Shown in pieces: positions 12,135-20,268 of a stretch of 64,000 bases of DNA. The position numbers and the translations under genes were made by a program. Numbering within the stretch: position 1 is the first letter of the stretch; each line of letters begins with the position of its first letter. Under the pieces are notes generated by a model that saw nothing but the letters and a program-made list of their open reading frames with translations, made no database searches and was not told the origin of the DNA. Origin of the DNA: a bacterium (GTDB lineage: Bacteria; Patescibacteriota; Minisyncoccia; UBA6257; 2-01-FULL-56-20); assembly GCA_021780195.1 (NCBI GenBank), contig JAJXZE010000004.1:1584-65583 (forward strand), written 5' to 3'.

Positions 12135-13211
12135 TCAGGCGCGCTCAAGAAGGATCCTCAGTTCCGCCGGGTTCAGCGAGTAGAGCTCGGCGTTCTCGAG
12201 GGACACCTCGCGGTTCTTCACGAGGTTCGCGAGCGACCGGTTCAGGGTGACCATTCCTTCCTGGAGGCTCGTTTCGATCACGAGGTCGATCTGGTACGTC
12301 TTCCGTTCGCGGATCAGGTTCCTGATGGCGGGGTTCACGATCATGACCTCGAGTGCCGGCACGCGGCCGCCCGACATCCGGGGAAGCAGGCGTTCGGAAA
12401 CGATGGCGACGAGGGTCGCCGCAAGCTGGGACGTCACCTGCCCCTGCTGTTCCGCGGGGAATGAGTCGATGATGCGGTCGATCGTCTGCGAAGCCGAGTT
12501 CGTGTGGAGCGTCGAGAGTACCAGGTGGCCCGTTTCTGACGCGGTCATGGCGGTCGAGATGGAGACCGTGTCGCGCATCTCGCCGATCATCACGACGTCC
12601 GGGTCCTGCCGGAGCACCGTGCGGAGCGCCGAGTGGAATCCGACCGTGTCGCTCCCCACTTCGCGCTGGGAAACGATGCACTTGTCCTGCGTGAAAAGAT
12701 ATTCCACCGGATCCTCGATCGTGATGATGTGGTCAGAGCGCGAGTGGTTGATCTCGTCGACGATCGCGGCGAGCGTGGAGGACTTGCCATGGCCCGCGGG
12801 CCCCACGACAAGAACGAACCCCTGTGAGAGCTTGGCGAAATCGTGGAGCAGGGGCGGAAGGTTCAGTTCCTCGATCGTCTTCACGCGCGCGGGGACGAGG
12901 CGGAGCGCCGCCGCGAGATAGCCGCGCTGGAAGTACACGTTCACGCGGAAGCGCGCCTTGTCCTCGAAGCTGTACGCGAAGTCGAGCTGGCGCTCTTTGA
13001 GGAGCCGCGCTTTCTGCTCCGTGTCAAGCATCGCGCCGATGATCGCCTCCGCCGATTCCGGCGTCATGATCGGCTCCTTTTCAAGCGCGACGAGCACCCC
13101 GTCGATGCGCAGGGTCGGCCGCCGCCCCACCGCAAGGTGGAGGTCGGACGCGCTCTGCTTGGCGCAGGTCGTCAGGAGGTCGTTCAGTTTCGCTTTATCG
13201 TCATCCGCCAT
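12135..13211 (-). CDS. pilT: Twitching motility/retraction ATPase PilT
   Basis: 358 aa secretion ATPase; Walker A GPAGHGKSST; HLVLSTLHTNSA motif. Confidence 0.85.
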   Translation of the reverse strand: MADDDKAKLNDLLTTCAKQSASDLHLAVGRRPTLRIDGVLVALEKEPIMTPESAEAIIGAMLDTEQKARLLKERQLDFAYSFEDKARFRVNVYFQRGYLAAALRLVPARVKTIEELNLPPLLHDFAKLSQGFVLVVGPAGHGKSSTLAAIVDEINHSRSDHIITIEDPVEYLFTQDKCIVSQREVGSDTVGFHSALRTVLRQDPDVVMIGEMRDTVSISTAMTASETGHLVLSTLHTNSASQTIDRIIDSFPAEQQGQVTSQLAATLVAIVSERLLPRMSGGRVPALEVMIVNPAIRNLIRERKTYQIDLVIETSLQEGMVTLNRSLANLVKNREVSLENAELYSLNPAELRILLERA

Positions 13212-13269
13212 GGCGTGAGTAGGGTGATGTGAACTTTATACGGTAAGTATACCACACTGCGAGCGGACC

Positions 13270-14991
13270 CTACGCCTCCTCCGTCTCGCGCAAAATCTCC
13301 TCGATCGAAGTCACGCCATCGAGCGATTTCATGACGCCGTCCTGCCGCAGGGTGATCATACCCTGGGCCTTCGCCTCGCTCACGATCTTCTGCACCGTGG
13401 CGCCGGTCTCGATGACTTGAGCAAGGGCGGGCGTCATGCGAAACACCTCGAAGATCGCCGTGCGGCCGAGGATCCCTTTCCCCTTGCATGTAGGACACCC
13501 CTTGGCGCGCCATACCTTGTAGGGCTTCGGGTACTTCGCCGCGATTTCCGGTTTGATCCCCGCGAGGGACCGTTCGATCGCCGCGGCAAGGTCGGCCGCG
13601 GGCGCTTCCTGCTGTTTGCAGTCGGGACACAGAGTCCCCACGAGACGCTGGGCGATGATGAGGTTGAGCGAGACCGGCAGGAGGAAGGGCTCCACCTTCA
13701 TGTCGATGAGGCGCGGGATCACGCCGGCGGCGTTGTTCGTGTGGAGCGTCGAGAGCACAATATGCCCGGTCAAGGCCGCCTGCACCGCAAGGCCGGCCGT
13801 CTCGTTGTCGCGGATCTCGCCGACCATGATGATGTCCGGATCCTGGCGCAGGATCTGGCGGAGGCCCGACGCGAAGTCATACCCGATCTCGGGCCGCACC
13901 TGCGACTGGTTCACGCCCTGCACGAAATATTCCACCGGGTCCTCCAGGCTTACGATATTCACCTCCTCGGTGTTCAGCCGCTGGAGGAAGGCGTAGAGCG
14001 TGGTCGTCTTTCCGGAACCGGTGGGACCGGTCACGAGCACCATGCCATACGGCTTTTCGAGTCCCTCCTTCACGATCTCCAGGTTGCCATAGCGGAGCGG
14101 AAGATTATCGAAGCTCTTGAGGCCCGTCGTCGGGTCGAGCACGCGGATCGCCACTTTCTCGCCCATGGGCGTCGGAAAGGTCGCCACGCGGAAGTCCACG
14201 TCGCGGTCGGAGATCTTCGCGCGGAAACGGCCGTCCTGCGGGATGCGCGTCTCGTCGATCTTGAGATTCGAAATGACCTTCACGCGAGAGACGATCGGCT
14301 GGGCGAGGGCCACGGGCAGTTCCGCCACCTGGTGGAGGTCGCCGTCATTCCTGAAGCGCACGCGGACCGCGTGCTGTTCCGGCTCGATGTGAATATCGGA
14401 GGCACGCGAGAGCACCGCTTCGCGGAACGTGTCTGCCACGATCTTGATGATCGGGGCGTCCTCGCTTCCCTCGGCCGCCTCAAGCTTCACGACGCGCTGG
14501 GCGCTTTCGCTCCCGTCGCCCGACACCGAACGCACGGCGCGTTCGATCTCCGCGCGGTACGGGGAATACTTCCGGAGCACCGCCTCCCAGTCGCCGTACG
14601 CGATGAGATACACGCCAAGGTTCAGGTGGTTCTGACGCGCAATGAACTTCACGGCGTCCTGCGCCTTCATGTCGTCGGGATTCAGCATGCCGACCACGAG
14701 CAGATTGTCGCCGAGCGAGATGGGAATCACGCCGTACGTGCGCGCGGTCTCTTCCGGAATGAGCGCGAGCGCCTTCTGATCCACGTCGCCCGCCGCGACG
14801 GGCTTGTAGGGAACCTTCAGAGCCGCACTCTTCATCTCCGCGATCTTCGCGTCGTCCACGAGCCGGCGCTTCGCGATGATCGTCTCGATCGAATCGCCGC
14901 TCACGATGGCGTCGCGCGTGAGCCGCTTCGCGGTGGCGTCGTCGATCAATCCGTTCGCGGAGAGTGCCTGGAGAAATGCATCCTGGGTCAT
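13270..14991 (-). CDS. pilB: Type IV pilus assembly ATPase PilB (GspE family)
   Basis: 573 aa; N-terminal GSPII_E_N-like domain; Walker A GPTGSGKTTT; tetra-Cys LCPDCK...GCPTCKGKG. Confidence 0.9.
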   Translation of the reverse strand: MTQDAFLQALSANGLIDDATAKRLTRDAIVSGDSIETIIAKRRLVDDAKIAEMKSAALKVPYKPVAAGDVDQKALALIPEETARTYGVIPISLGDNLLVVGMLNPDDMKAQDAVKFIARQNHLNLGVYLIAYGDWEAVLRKYSPYRAEIERAVRSVSGDGSESAQRVVKLEAAEGSEDAPIIKIVADTFREAVLSRASDIHIEPEQHAVRVRFRNDGDLHQVAELPVALAQPIVSRVKVISNLKIDETRIPQDGRFRAKISDRDVDFRVATFPTPMGEKVAIRVLDPTTGLKSFDNLPLRYGNLEIVKEGLEKPYGMVLVTGPTGSGKTTTLYAFLQRLNTEEVNIVSLEDPVEYFVQGVNQSQVRPEIGYDFASGLRQILRQDPDIIMVGEIRDNETAGLAVQAALTGHIVLSTLHTNNAAGVIPRLIDMKVEPFLLPVSLNLIIAQRLVGTLCPDCKQQEAPAADLAAAIERSLAGIKPEIAAKYPKPYKVWRAKGCPTCKGKGILGRTAIFEVFRMTPALAQVIETGATVQKIVSEAKAQGMITLRQDGVMKSLDGVTSIEEILRETEEA

Positions 14992-15012
14992 GCGGTGGCG
15001 GTCATGGCGCGG

Positions 15013-15309
15013 TTACGGCGCAATGAATGGGTTCGCGCGGCCCACGGCGGCGGGGCCCTGCGGCGTGGGAAGCGCGAAGGATGGCTGGGTGAGCGCCTGT
15101 ATTTTATTGAGCACGTCCGCCGGCTGGAGCGTTACCTGCGAAAGGGGCGCGATGGCCTGGTATCCTGCGGGCGGAGAGATCACCACGAGTTCAGGCGCCG
15201 CAAAGAAAATATAGTAGGCGGCAACGATGAGCACCACGATCACCACGGCCCATCCGAGGAGACCCATGAGATTCGTGCTCTTCCGTTCTTCGTCGACGAT
15301 GATGGCCAT
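15013..15309 (-). CDS. Small membrane protein of the pilus operon (unknown function)
   Basis: 98 aa, one TM, lies between pilO-like and pilB genes. Confidence 0.4.
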   Translation of the reverse strand: MAIIVDEERKSTNLMGLLGWAVVIVVLIVAAYYIFFAAPELVVISPPAGYQAIAPLSQVTLQPADVLNKIQALTQPSFALPTPQGPAAVGRANPFIAP

Positions 15310-15317
15310 GGCGATGG

Positions 15318-15938
15318 TTATGGAATCTGGTAATAGGTGACGACCGTGATGTTATAAGTGAAAAGATCCTGCGTATTCCCCGCGCCCTTCGCCGTGGGCG
15401 CCGCGGGCGCGGACGGCTGGAGAGAGAACGCGGCGACGTCGAAGATGCGGAGGTTGGTCTCGAGCGCGGCGAGGAAGCTCTTTAAACTCTCGTAGCTCCC
15501 GACGGCGGCGAACTGGATCGACAGGCTCCCCATCGGCTTCGTGACCCGGCTCGAGGATGCCGTGGTACCTCCCGCCGCGGCCGCGGGAAGCTGGACCGCG
15601 GGCGGGGCGACCGCGATGCTCTGGACTGACACGTTGTTCGCCGCGGCGATGCCGTACACCTGCGCGAGCGCGTTCGCGACACTCGGCCCGGACGGCATGG
15701 CAAGCGCGAGATCACTCTGCGCCTGGCTCGCGTTCTGATATTCGCTGATCAGGTTCTTGGCCTGGCCGATCATCTTCTGCTCGTTCGCAAGGAGGATCTG
15801 GGTACTCGCCTCGGTCCCCTTTTTCTCCTGAAGGACGCCGTACGTCGGCTGGACAAGGTCGAAGAATACGAAGAGCGCCGCCGCGAGGAAGAGGAGGGCG
15901 ATCAGCATGCTGGTGAACCGTTTGGAGCTTTGTTTCAT
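15318..15938 (-). CDS. PilO-like pilus assembly protein
   Basis: N-terminal TM then coiled-coil and periplasmic domain; position after pilN-like gene. Confidence 0.6.
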   Translation of the reverse strand: MKQSSKRFTSMLIALLFLAAALFVFFDLVQPTYGVLQEKKGTEASTQILLANEQKMIGQAKNLISEYQNASQAQSDLALAMPSGPSVANALAQVYGIAAANNVSVQSIAVAPPAVQLPAAAAGGTTASSSRVTKPMGSLSIQFAAVGSYESLKSFLAALETNLRIFDVAAFSLQPSAPAAPTAKGAGNTQDLFTYNITVVTYYQIP

Positions 15939-15942
15939 CGGG

Positions 15943-16503
15943 TTATTGGGAAGTAGCGCGGAGCACGGCCGCGGTATTCATGGTGAGCGACACGGTGAAG
16001 TTCCAGAGGCCGGTGGTCGGCGAGAGCACGATGGACGAGACGGAAACCTTCTGTACTTCGGGCGCGGCCTCGAAAATGGCGGCCTGCTGGTTCACATCGG
16101 CCTCGGTCTTCGCGGCGCCCGTGAGCGTGATCTGGTTCCCCGCCACGAATGCGAGGTTCGAGTAATAAACGTTCGCCTCCGTGCTTTTCTCGAGCCACGA
16201 AAGGAAGCGCGAGAACAGCACGTGATTCTGGAGCGCGGTCTGCACGTTCGTCACCTCGGAATAAAAGGTGGCGACCTGCGCCTGATCCGACGCGGGGATC
16301 GACTTGGCGAGCACGTCCATCTGCGTATTGAGCGAGGCAACCTGCGCGTCAAGATACGGTTCGTAGCCGAACGTGAGGCCGAAATACACGAGAAGCGCAA
16401 AAAGCAGGATCCCCCCGGAAAACGAAATAACGCCCCACGACCATCCCGGGGTCTGCGGGGGTTCCTGGCTCAAACGTTCGATGACCTGTTGGGGAAGCGG
16501 CAT
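15943..16503 (-). CDS. PilN-like pilus assembly protein
   Basis: Single TM and coiled-coil; follows pilM. Confidence 0.6.
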   Translation of the reverse strand: MPLPQQVIERLSQEPPQTPGWSWGVISFSGGILLFALLVYFGLTFGYEPYLDAQVASLNTQMDVLAKSIPASDQAQVATFYSEVTNVQTALQNHVLFSRFLSWLEKSTEANVYYSNLAFVAGNQITLTGAAKTEADVNQQAAIFEAAPEVQKVSVSSIVLSPTTGLWNFTVSLTMNTAAVLRATSQ

Positions 16504-16507
16504 GATT

Positions 16508-17587
16508 TTATATGAGTTCCTTCATCCCGAGGCCGAGGGCGACGCTCATCGTAGGATTGAGCTCCGCGGCGAGCGGAGCGACCTGCGGCGCGTATTCAAA
16601 CCGGGAAAAAGGAGTCGCCTTCACGGTCGGCGCCCCGAATTCCCTCTCCCAATACTTCTCGATGCCGAGGAGGTTCGCGCCTCCTCCCGCGAGCACCACC
16701 CGTTCGGCTTTCGCGGCCGTCGGGAAACGTTCGGCGTATGCGTACTGGGCCTTCTTCACCTCACTGATTATAGCATCTAAAAAGGGCATCATTATTGTGG
16801 ACAACTCGTAGTTCGGCCCCGTGCCCGCCACGCCACGCTCTTTCTTGAGCTCCTCGGCCCTCAGTGGGTTGATCCCGAGAGAGGAGGCGAGCGCCTGCGT
16901 GAGCGACGCCGAGGCGAAATCGCTCTGCGCGCTCCACATGAGCCGGCCCTTATCAAGGAAGACGGCGTTCGTCGAGCGACTGCCGATGTCGACCACGATC
17001 GTGGGCGTCGGGTCGTTGCCGAAGATGCGCGCGATGCTTAAACTTTCGATCTCGAGCGCATGGAGGGCGAGGCCCGCCGTTTTGAAGATGCGCTGGTATT
17101 TTTCGATCTGCTCCCTCGGTACGGAGATGAGCAGTATCTTCTGATGCGCGAACCCCTTGTCGTCCTGGTAGTCCATCACCTTCATCCAGTCGAGCGCCAC
17201 CTCCGCTATGGGAAGCGGCACGTACTGCTTCGCCTGATAGATCATCGCCTGCTCGATCTGCTTCTGTTCCATCTGCGGAAAGTCGAGCACCGTCATAAAA
17301 ACGGAAAACGGCGGGAGGGAGGCGATCGCATTCGTCGTCGTGGTACCCATCGTCTTCACCACGGTCTTCAGGAGTTCGATGACGTCGCCTTCAAATATCT
17401 TGAGGCCGCTCGTCTGGAGCGCCTGATTCGCACGCGCGAGATATCCGCTCGATTCAAGAAGACCGTAATTCACGACGCGCGGGCGCGCCTTGCCGCGTTC
17501 GACTTCGACCGCCTTGATGGAGGTGGTGCCGATATCGACGCCAAGGTATGAGGACGGCGAAAAGGATTTTTTGAAAAGATTGATCAT
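16508..17587 (-). CDS. pilM: Type IV pilus assembly protein PilM (actin-like ATPase fold)
   Basis: YLGVDIGTTSIKAVEV N-terminus, 359 aa; first gene of the operon. Confidence 0.85.
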   Translation of the reverse strand: MINLFKKSFSPSSYLGVDIGTTSIKAVEVERGKARPRVVNYGLLESSGYLARANQALQTSGLKIFEGDVIELLKTVVKTMGTTTTNAIASLPPFSVFMTVLDFPQMEQKQIEQAMIYQAKQYVPLPIAEVALDWMKVMDYQDDKGFAHQKILLISVPREQIEKYQRIFKTAGLALHALEIESLSIARIFGNDPTPTIVVDIGSRSTNAVFLDKGRLMWSAQSDFASASLTQALASSLGINPLRAEELKKERGVAGTGPNYELSTIMMPFLDAIISEVKKAQYAYAERFPTAAKAERVVLAGGGANLLGIEKYWEREFGAPTVKATPFSRFEYAPQVAPLAAELNPTMSVALGLGMKELI

Positions 17588-17664
17588 GGAACGGGCGGGA
17601 TGGATACGCCGGGTGCGGCACCCTTTTAACGCATTTTTAATGCGTGATTCCTTATCATTGTACC

Positions 17665-18585
17665 ATGAAATTCCATTTTATCGCGGGGTTCATTGCGTCA
17701 GTTCTCTTTCCGCCGGCGTGTCTGCACTGCGGCGCGCGCATCCGCGCGGGCACGCTCTGCAATCCATGCCGCGCGTCGTTCTTCGCGGCATACCCCGCGG
17801 AGAGAATTTCCCGCGCCGCGGGAAGTACGGGCGCCGCGATGGGCGCCGTGCCAGGCGTCATACCGGGTGCGGTGACGCCCGCCGTACCGGTCATACCGCC
17901 GCCCGCACTTTTCTGCGGTTCATGCCGCGCGCGCCTCGTCGCGTCCGGCGGCGCGCGGGAAAACATCCCCGGCGCGGTACGTGCGCTCGGTAGAAGCCCG
18001 TGCCATCCTTCATTCCCCTACCTCCTCGGCACCGCAGGAAGCTACCGGCACGCCGTGCTCGCCTCACTCGTCCGCGCCCTGAAGTTCGAAGGGATCACGG
18101 ACGCCGCGGAACCGCTGTCGGCGCTCCTCATCGCTTACGCGGAACAATGCGCGGGATTTTTCCTCGCGCCCGCACACACCAGACACCAAAGCATCGCGTG
18201 GGGCGCGGGCGGCCCTTCTTCCGCGGCCGCACCGCCGATCGTGATTCCCGTACCGCTCTCGCGGCGCCGGCTCCTCGCGAGAGGTTTCAATCAGGCGGAG
18301 CTCATTGCGCGGCCGTTCGCGGCGCACTTCGGCCTCGCGCTCGCGCCGCATGCGCTCGTGCGTTCCCGCCACACCAAGCCGCAAAGCGAAGCGCCGAGCG
18401 CCGCCGCACGACGGGCGAATGTCCACCGCTGTTTCACCGTGCCCGACCCCGCCGCAATCGTGGGACGGCGCATCGTGCTCGTCGACGACGTCGCGACCTC
18501 CGGCGCAACGCTCCTCGAGGCGGCGCAGACCCTGAGGACCGCCGGCGCGTCGGCCATTCTTGCGCTTGCCGCCGCGGAGGCGTAG
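17665..18585 (+). CDS. comFC: ComF family protein (ComFC-like phosphoribosyltransferase domain, N-terminal Cys4 zinc finger)
   Basis: CLHCG...CNPC zinc finger; C-terminal PRTase motif IVLVDDVATSGATL; divergent from pilM. Confidence 0.8.
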   Translation: MKFHFIAGFIASVLFPPACLHCGARIRAGTLCNPCRASFFAAYPAERISRAAGSTGAAMGAVPGVIPGAVTPAVPVIPPPALFCGSCRARLVASGGARENIPGAVRALGRSPCHPSFPYLLGTAGSYRHAVLASLVRALKFEGITDAAEPLSALLIAYAEQCAGFFLAPAHTRHQSIAWGAGGPSSAAAPPIVIPVPLSRRRLLARGFNQAELIARPFAAHFGLALAPHALVRSRHTKPQSEAPSAAARRANVHRCFTVPDPAAIVGRRIVLVDDVATSGATLLEAAQTLRTAGASAILALAAAEA

Positions 18586-18617
18586 CGGCCGGAACCGTGG
18601 AATGGTAGAATGGCCGT

Positions 18618-19085
18618 ATGGACGAGCATACGATTGCGTGGGAAGCGCCGGAATACGAACTCCGCGAAAAGAGCGTCGGCTGGTACTGGATCTCCATCAT
18701 CCTCGCCGCGATCGTGATCGCCTTCGCCGTGTGGACGAAAAATTTTCTTTTTGGATTTTTCATCGTGATCGCAGAGATACTCTTCATCGTCTGGGGCAAC
18801 CGTCCTCCGCAGACGATCCCTTTCGCCGTGGAGAAAGACCAGCTCGTCGTGAACGGCCGCAAGACCTACCTTCTCCGCGACTTTGAGAGCATGAGCGTAA
18901 ACCCCCTGGGCGACGAATGGGCCGAGATCATCCTCATTGCGCACGCAAAGTTCAGGACGCCGCTCCACATCCTCTTCCCCGAGGCCCGGCTCGCCGAGCT
19001 CCGCGCCCTTGTGAAGCCGATTTTCAAGGAAACGCCGTACGAGCCCGCGCTCCTCGACGCCATTGAAAAACTGCTCCATTTCTAG
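18618..19085 (+). CDS. Hypothetical membrane protein (two TM, PH-like C-terminal region)
   Basis: 155 aa ORF with ordinary codon usage; no family recognised. Confidence 0.5.
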   Translation: MDEHTIAWEAPEYELREKSVGWYWISIILAAIVIAFAVWTKNFLFGFFIVIAEILFIVWGNRPPQTIPFAVEKDQLVVNGRKTYLLRDFESMSVNPLGDEWAEIILIAHAKFRTPLHILFPEARLAELRALVKPIFKETPYEPALLDAIEKLLHF

Positions 19086-19128
19086 TATCGTCTTCTTGTG
19101 CCCGGGGCATGCCCCGTGCGCGCACGAC

Positions 19129-19203
19129 GCCCTCGTCGTTCAACGGATAGGACGCAAGATTGCGGATCTTGTAATAGAGGTTCGATTCCTCTCGAGGGCA
19201 CCA
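19129..19203 (+). tRNA. tRNA-Arg (anticodon GCG), CCA encoded
   Basis: Acceptor GCCCTCG/CGAGGGC, anticodon stem CAAGA/TCTTG with loop TTGCGGA, T-arm AGAGG-TTCGATT-CCTCT, 3' ACCA. Confidence 0.75.
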
Positions 19204-19296
19204 CAAACAAAACTAGCGGCATCTCGTCGCCATGGGCTCTTTTTAATGTCGCCTCGATGCCGCTAGTTTCGTTTGTTAAATTTTTATTAAACTATT
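19203..19296 (+). terminator. Unusually long hairpin (20/21-bp stem, 32-nt loop) followed by a T-rich run, directly after tRNA-Arg
   Basis: ACAAACAAAACTAGCGGCATC ... GATGCCGCTAGTTTCGTTTGT inverted repeat then TAAATTTTTATTAAACTATTTTT. Confidence 0.5.
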
Positions 19297-19297
19297 T

Positions 19298-19325
19298 TTG
19301 ACTTTTCCTTCGTGCCGTCTATTAT
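19298..19325 (+). promoter_or_regulatory. Near-consensus sigma70-type promoter (TTGACT-16-TATTAT)
   Basis: TTGACTTTTCCTTCGTGCCGTCTATTAT read directly; precedes a micro-ORF and terminator. Confidence 0.4.
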
Positions 19326-19384
19326 ATTTATGAAGGCGCTGTTTGTATGAACTACGGACAGTTTCCGCGCTTACCATAAAAACA

Positions 19385-19420
19385 GCCGTTATGCGGCCGT
19401 TTTTATTTAACAAAGTTTTC
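19385..19420 (+). terminator. Intrinsic terminator (stem AAAAACAGCCG..CGGCCGTTTTT then TATTT)
   Basis: GC-rich stem-loop followed by a U-tract, about 90 nt downstream of the promoter. Confidence 0.5.
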
Positions 19421-19578
19421 ATCGCTATTCTGCTATGGTTATCAGGCCCGTGGTCTTGGGCTCATAGTTTATGGAGTAAAACAGCGCCTTTGGTAAGCGC
19501 AAAACCGGGCGCACATCCCGGCGGGTTCACGGGCGTTGAAATTTCCGCAGGAATCAGTACAATAGACACGAATAGCGC

Positions 19579-19650
19579 GCGGGTATCGTATAGCGGCTAT
19601 TATGGTACCTTGCCAAGGTACAGATAGGGGTTCGACTCCCCTTACCCGCT
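19579..19650 (+). tRNA. tRNA-Gly (anticodon GCC); weak D-stem
   Basis: Acceptor GCGGGTA/TACCCGC, anticodon stem GTACC/GGTAC with loop TTGCCAA, T-arm AGGGG-TTCGACT-CCCCT; similar to E. coli tRNA-Gly(GCC); own TTGAAA-16-TACAAT promoter upstream. Confidence 0.75.
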
Positions 19651-19677
19651 CAGAAAGAAAGATGGTATAACTCAAAT

Positions 19678-20253
19678 ATGGAGCATAAGACCGACGGCGG
19701 CTTTGAGGGACGGCCCTTCGCGGAGGTCGCCAAGGAGGATGTCTTTAAAGGCCTCCGCGACACCGTCGAGGATATGCTCGCGACGGGGAATTACGATGGT
19801 GCGAAGGAGGAGATGAAAAAAGAACTCACGCTCCTCGCGGACGCGCTCGGCGGTCTCCGCTCCGAACGTCTGCGCGAGATATGGAAAGAGTTCGAGGGCT
19901 CACTCTCCCCCGAATTACTACAGGCCCTCAATCCCGAGTCCCGTGAAAAATATGCGCAGGCGCCGCAAGGGCGCTCCCCTTCGCATGAGCAAAAGCGAGA
20001 GATCATTCGTCCCGAAGAAATCATCCCCGGGCTCATGATCGTCGTCGAAAATCTCGGGAGCCGCGAACAGAGAGTGTATGAGATAGTGGGCAACCCTCGC
20101 TCCGGGGAAGACGGCGACATCATCGCAGAGATGCGACGGCCCGATTCGCCCAAAACGCAATTCAGATCCTTGTGCGTCCTCGGGCTTCTTCCTTTTGCCG
20201 ATGGCAGATGGAGCAACACCAACCGCATCGTCACCTGGCGGCAGATGGTATAG
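19678..20253 (+). CDS. Hypothetical protein
   Basis: 191 aa ORF, charged/helical N-terminus, no recognised motif. Confidence 0.5.
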   Translation: MEHKTDGGFEGRPFAEVAKEDVFKGLRDTVEDMLATGNYDGAKEEMKKELTLLADALGGLRSERLREIWKEFEGSLSPELLQALNPESREKYAQAPQGRSPSHEQKREIIRPEEIIPGLMIVVENLGSREQRVYEIVGNPRSGEDGDIIAEMRRPDSPKTQFRSLCVLGLLPFADGRWSNTNRIVTWRQMV

Positions 20254-20268
20254 TTAAGGCACCGCTCC

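Noticed and set aside
19343-19627. 94-aa ORF (TTG start) spanning the inter-tRNA region
   Set aside because: It overlaps the tRNA-Gly gene and an intrinsic terminator and has no RBS. The micro-ORF/sRNA interpretation is reported instead.
19330-19660. Possible tmRNA or RNase P RNA, prompted by a GGGGTTCGACTCCCC T-arm-like element in a non-coding AT-rich segment
   Set aside because: The T-arm plus flanks fold into a complete 72-nt canonical tRNA-Gly(GCC), with the acceptor 5' strand only 60 nt upstream. There is no tag-peptide reading frame and no RNase P P4 consensus in the remainder.
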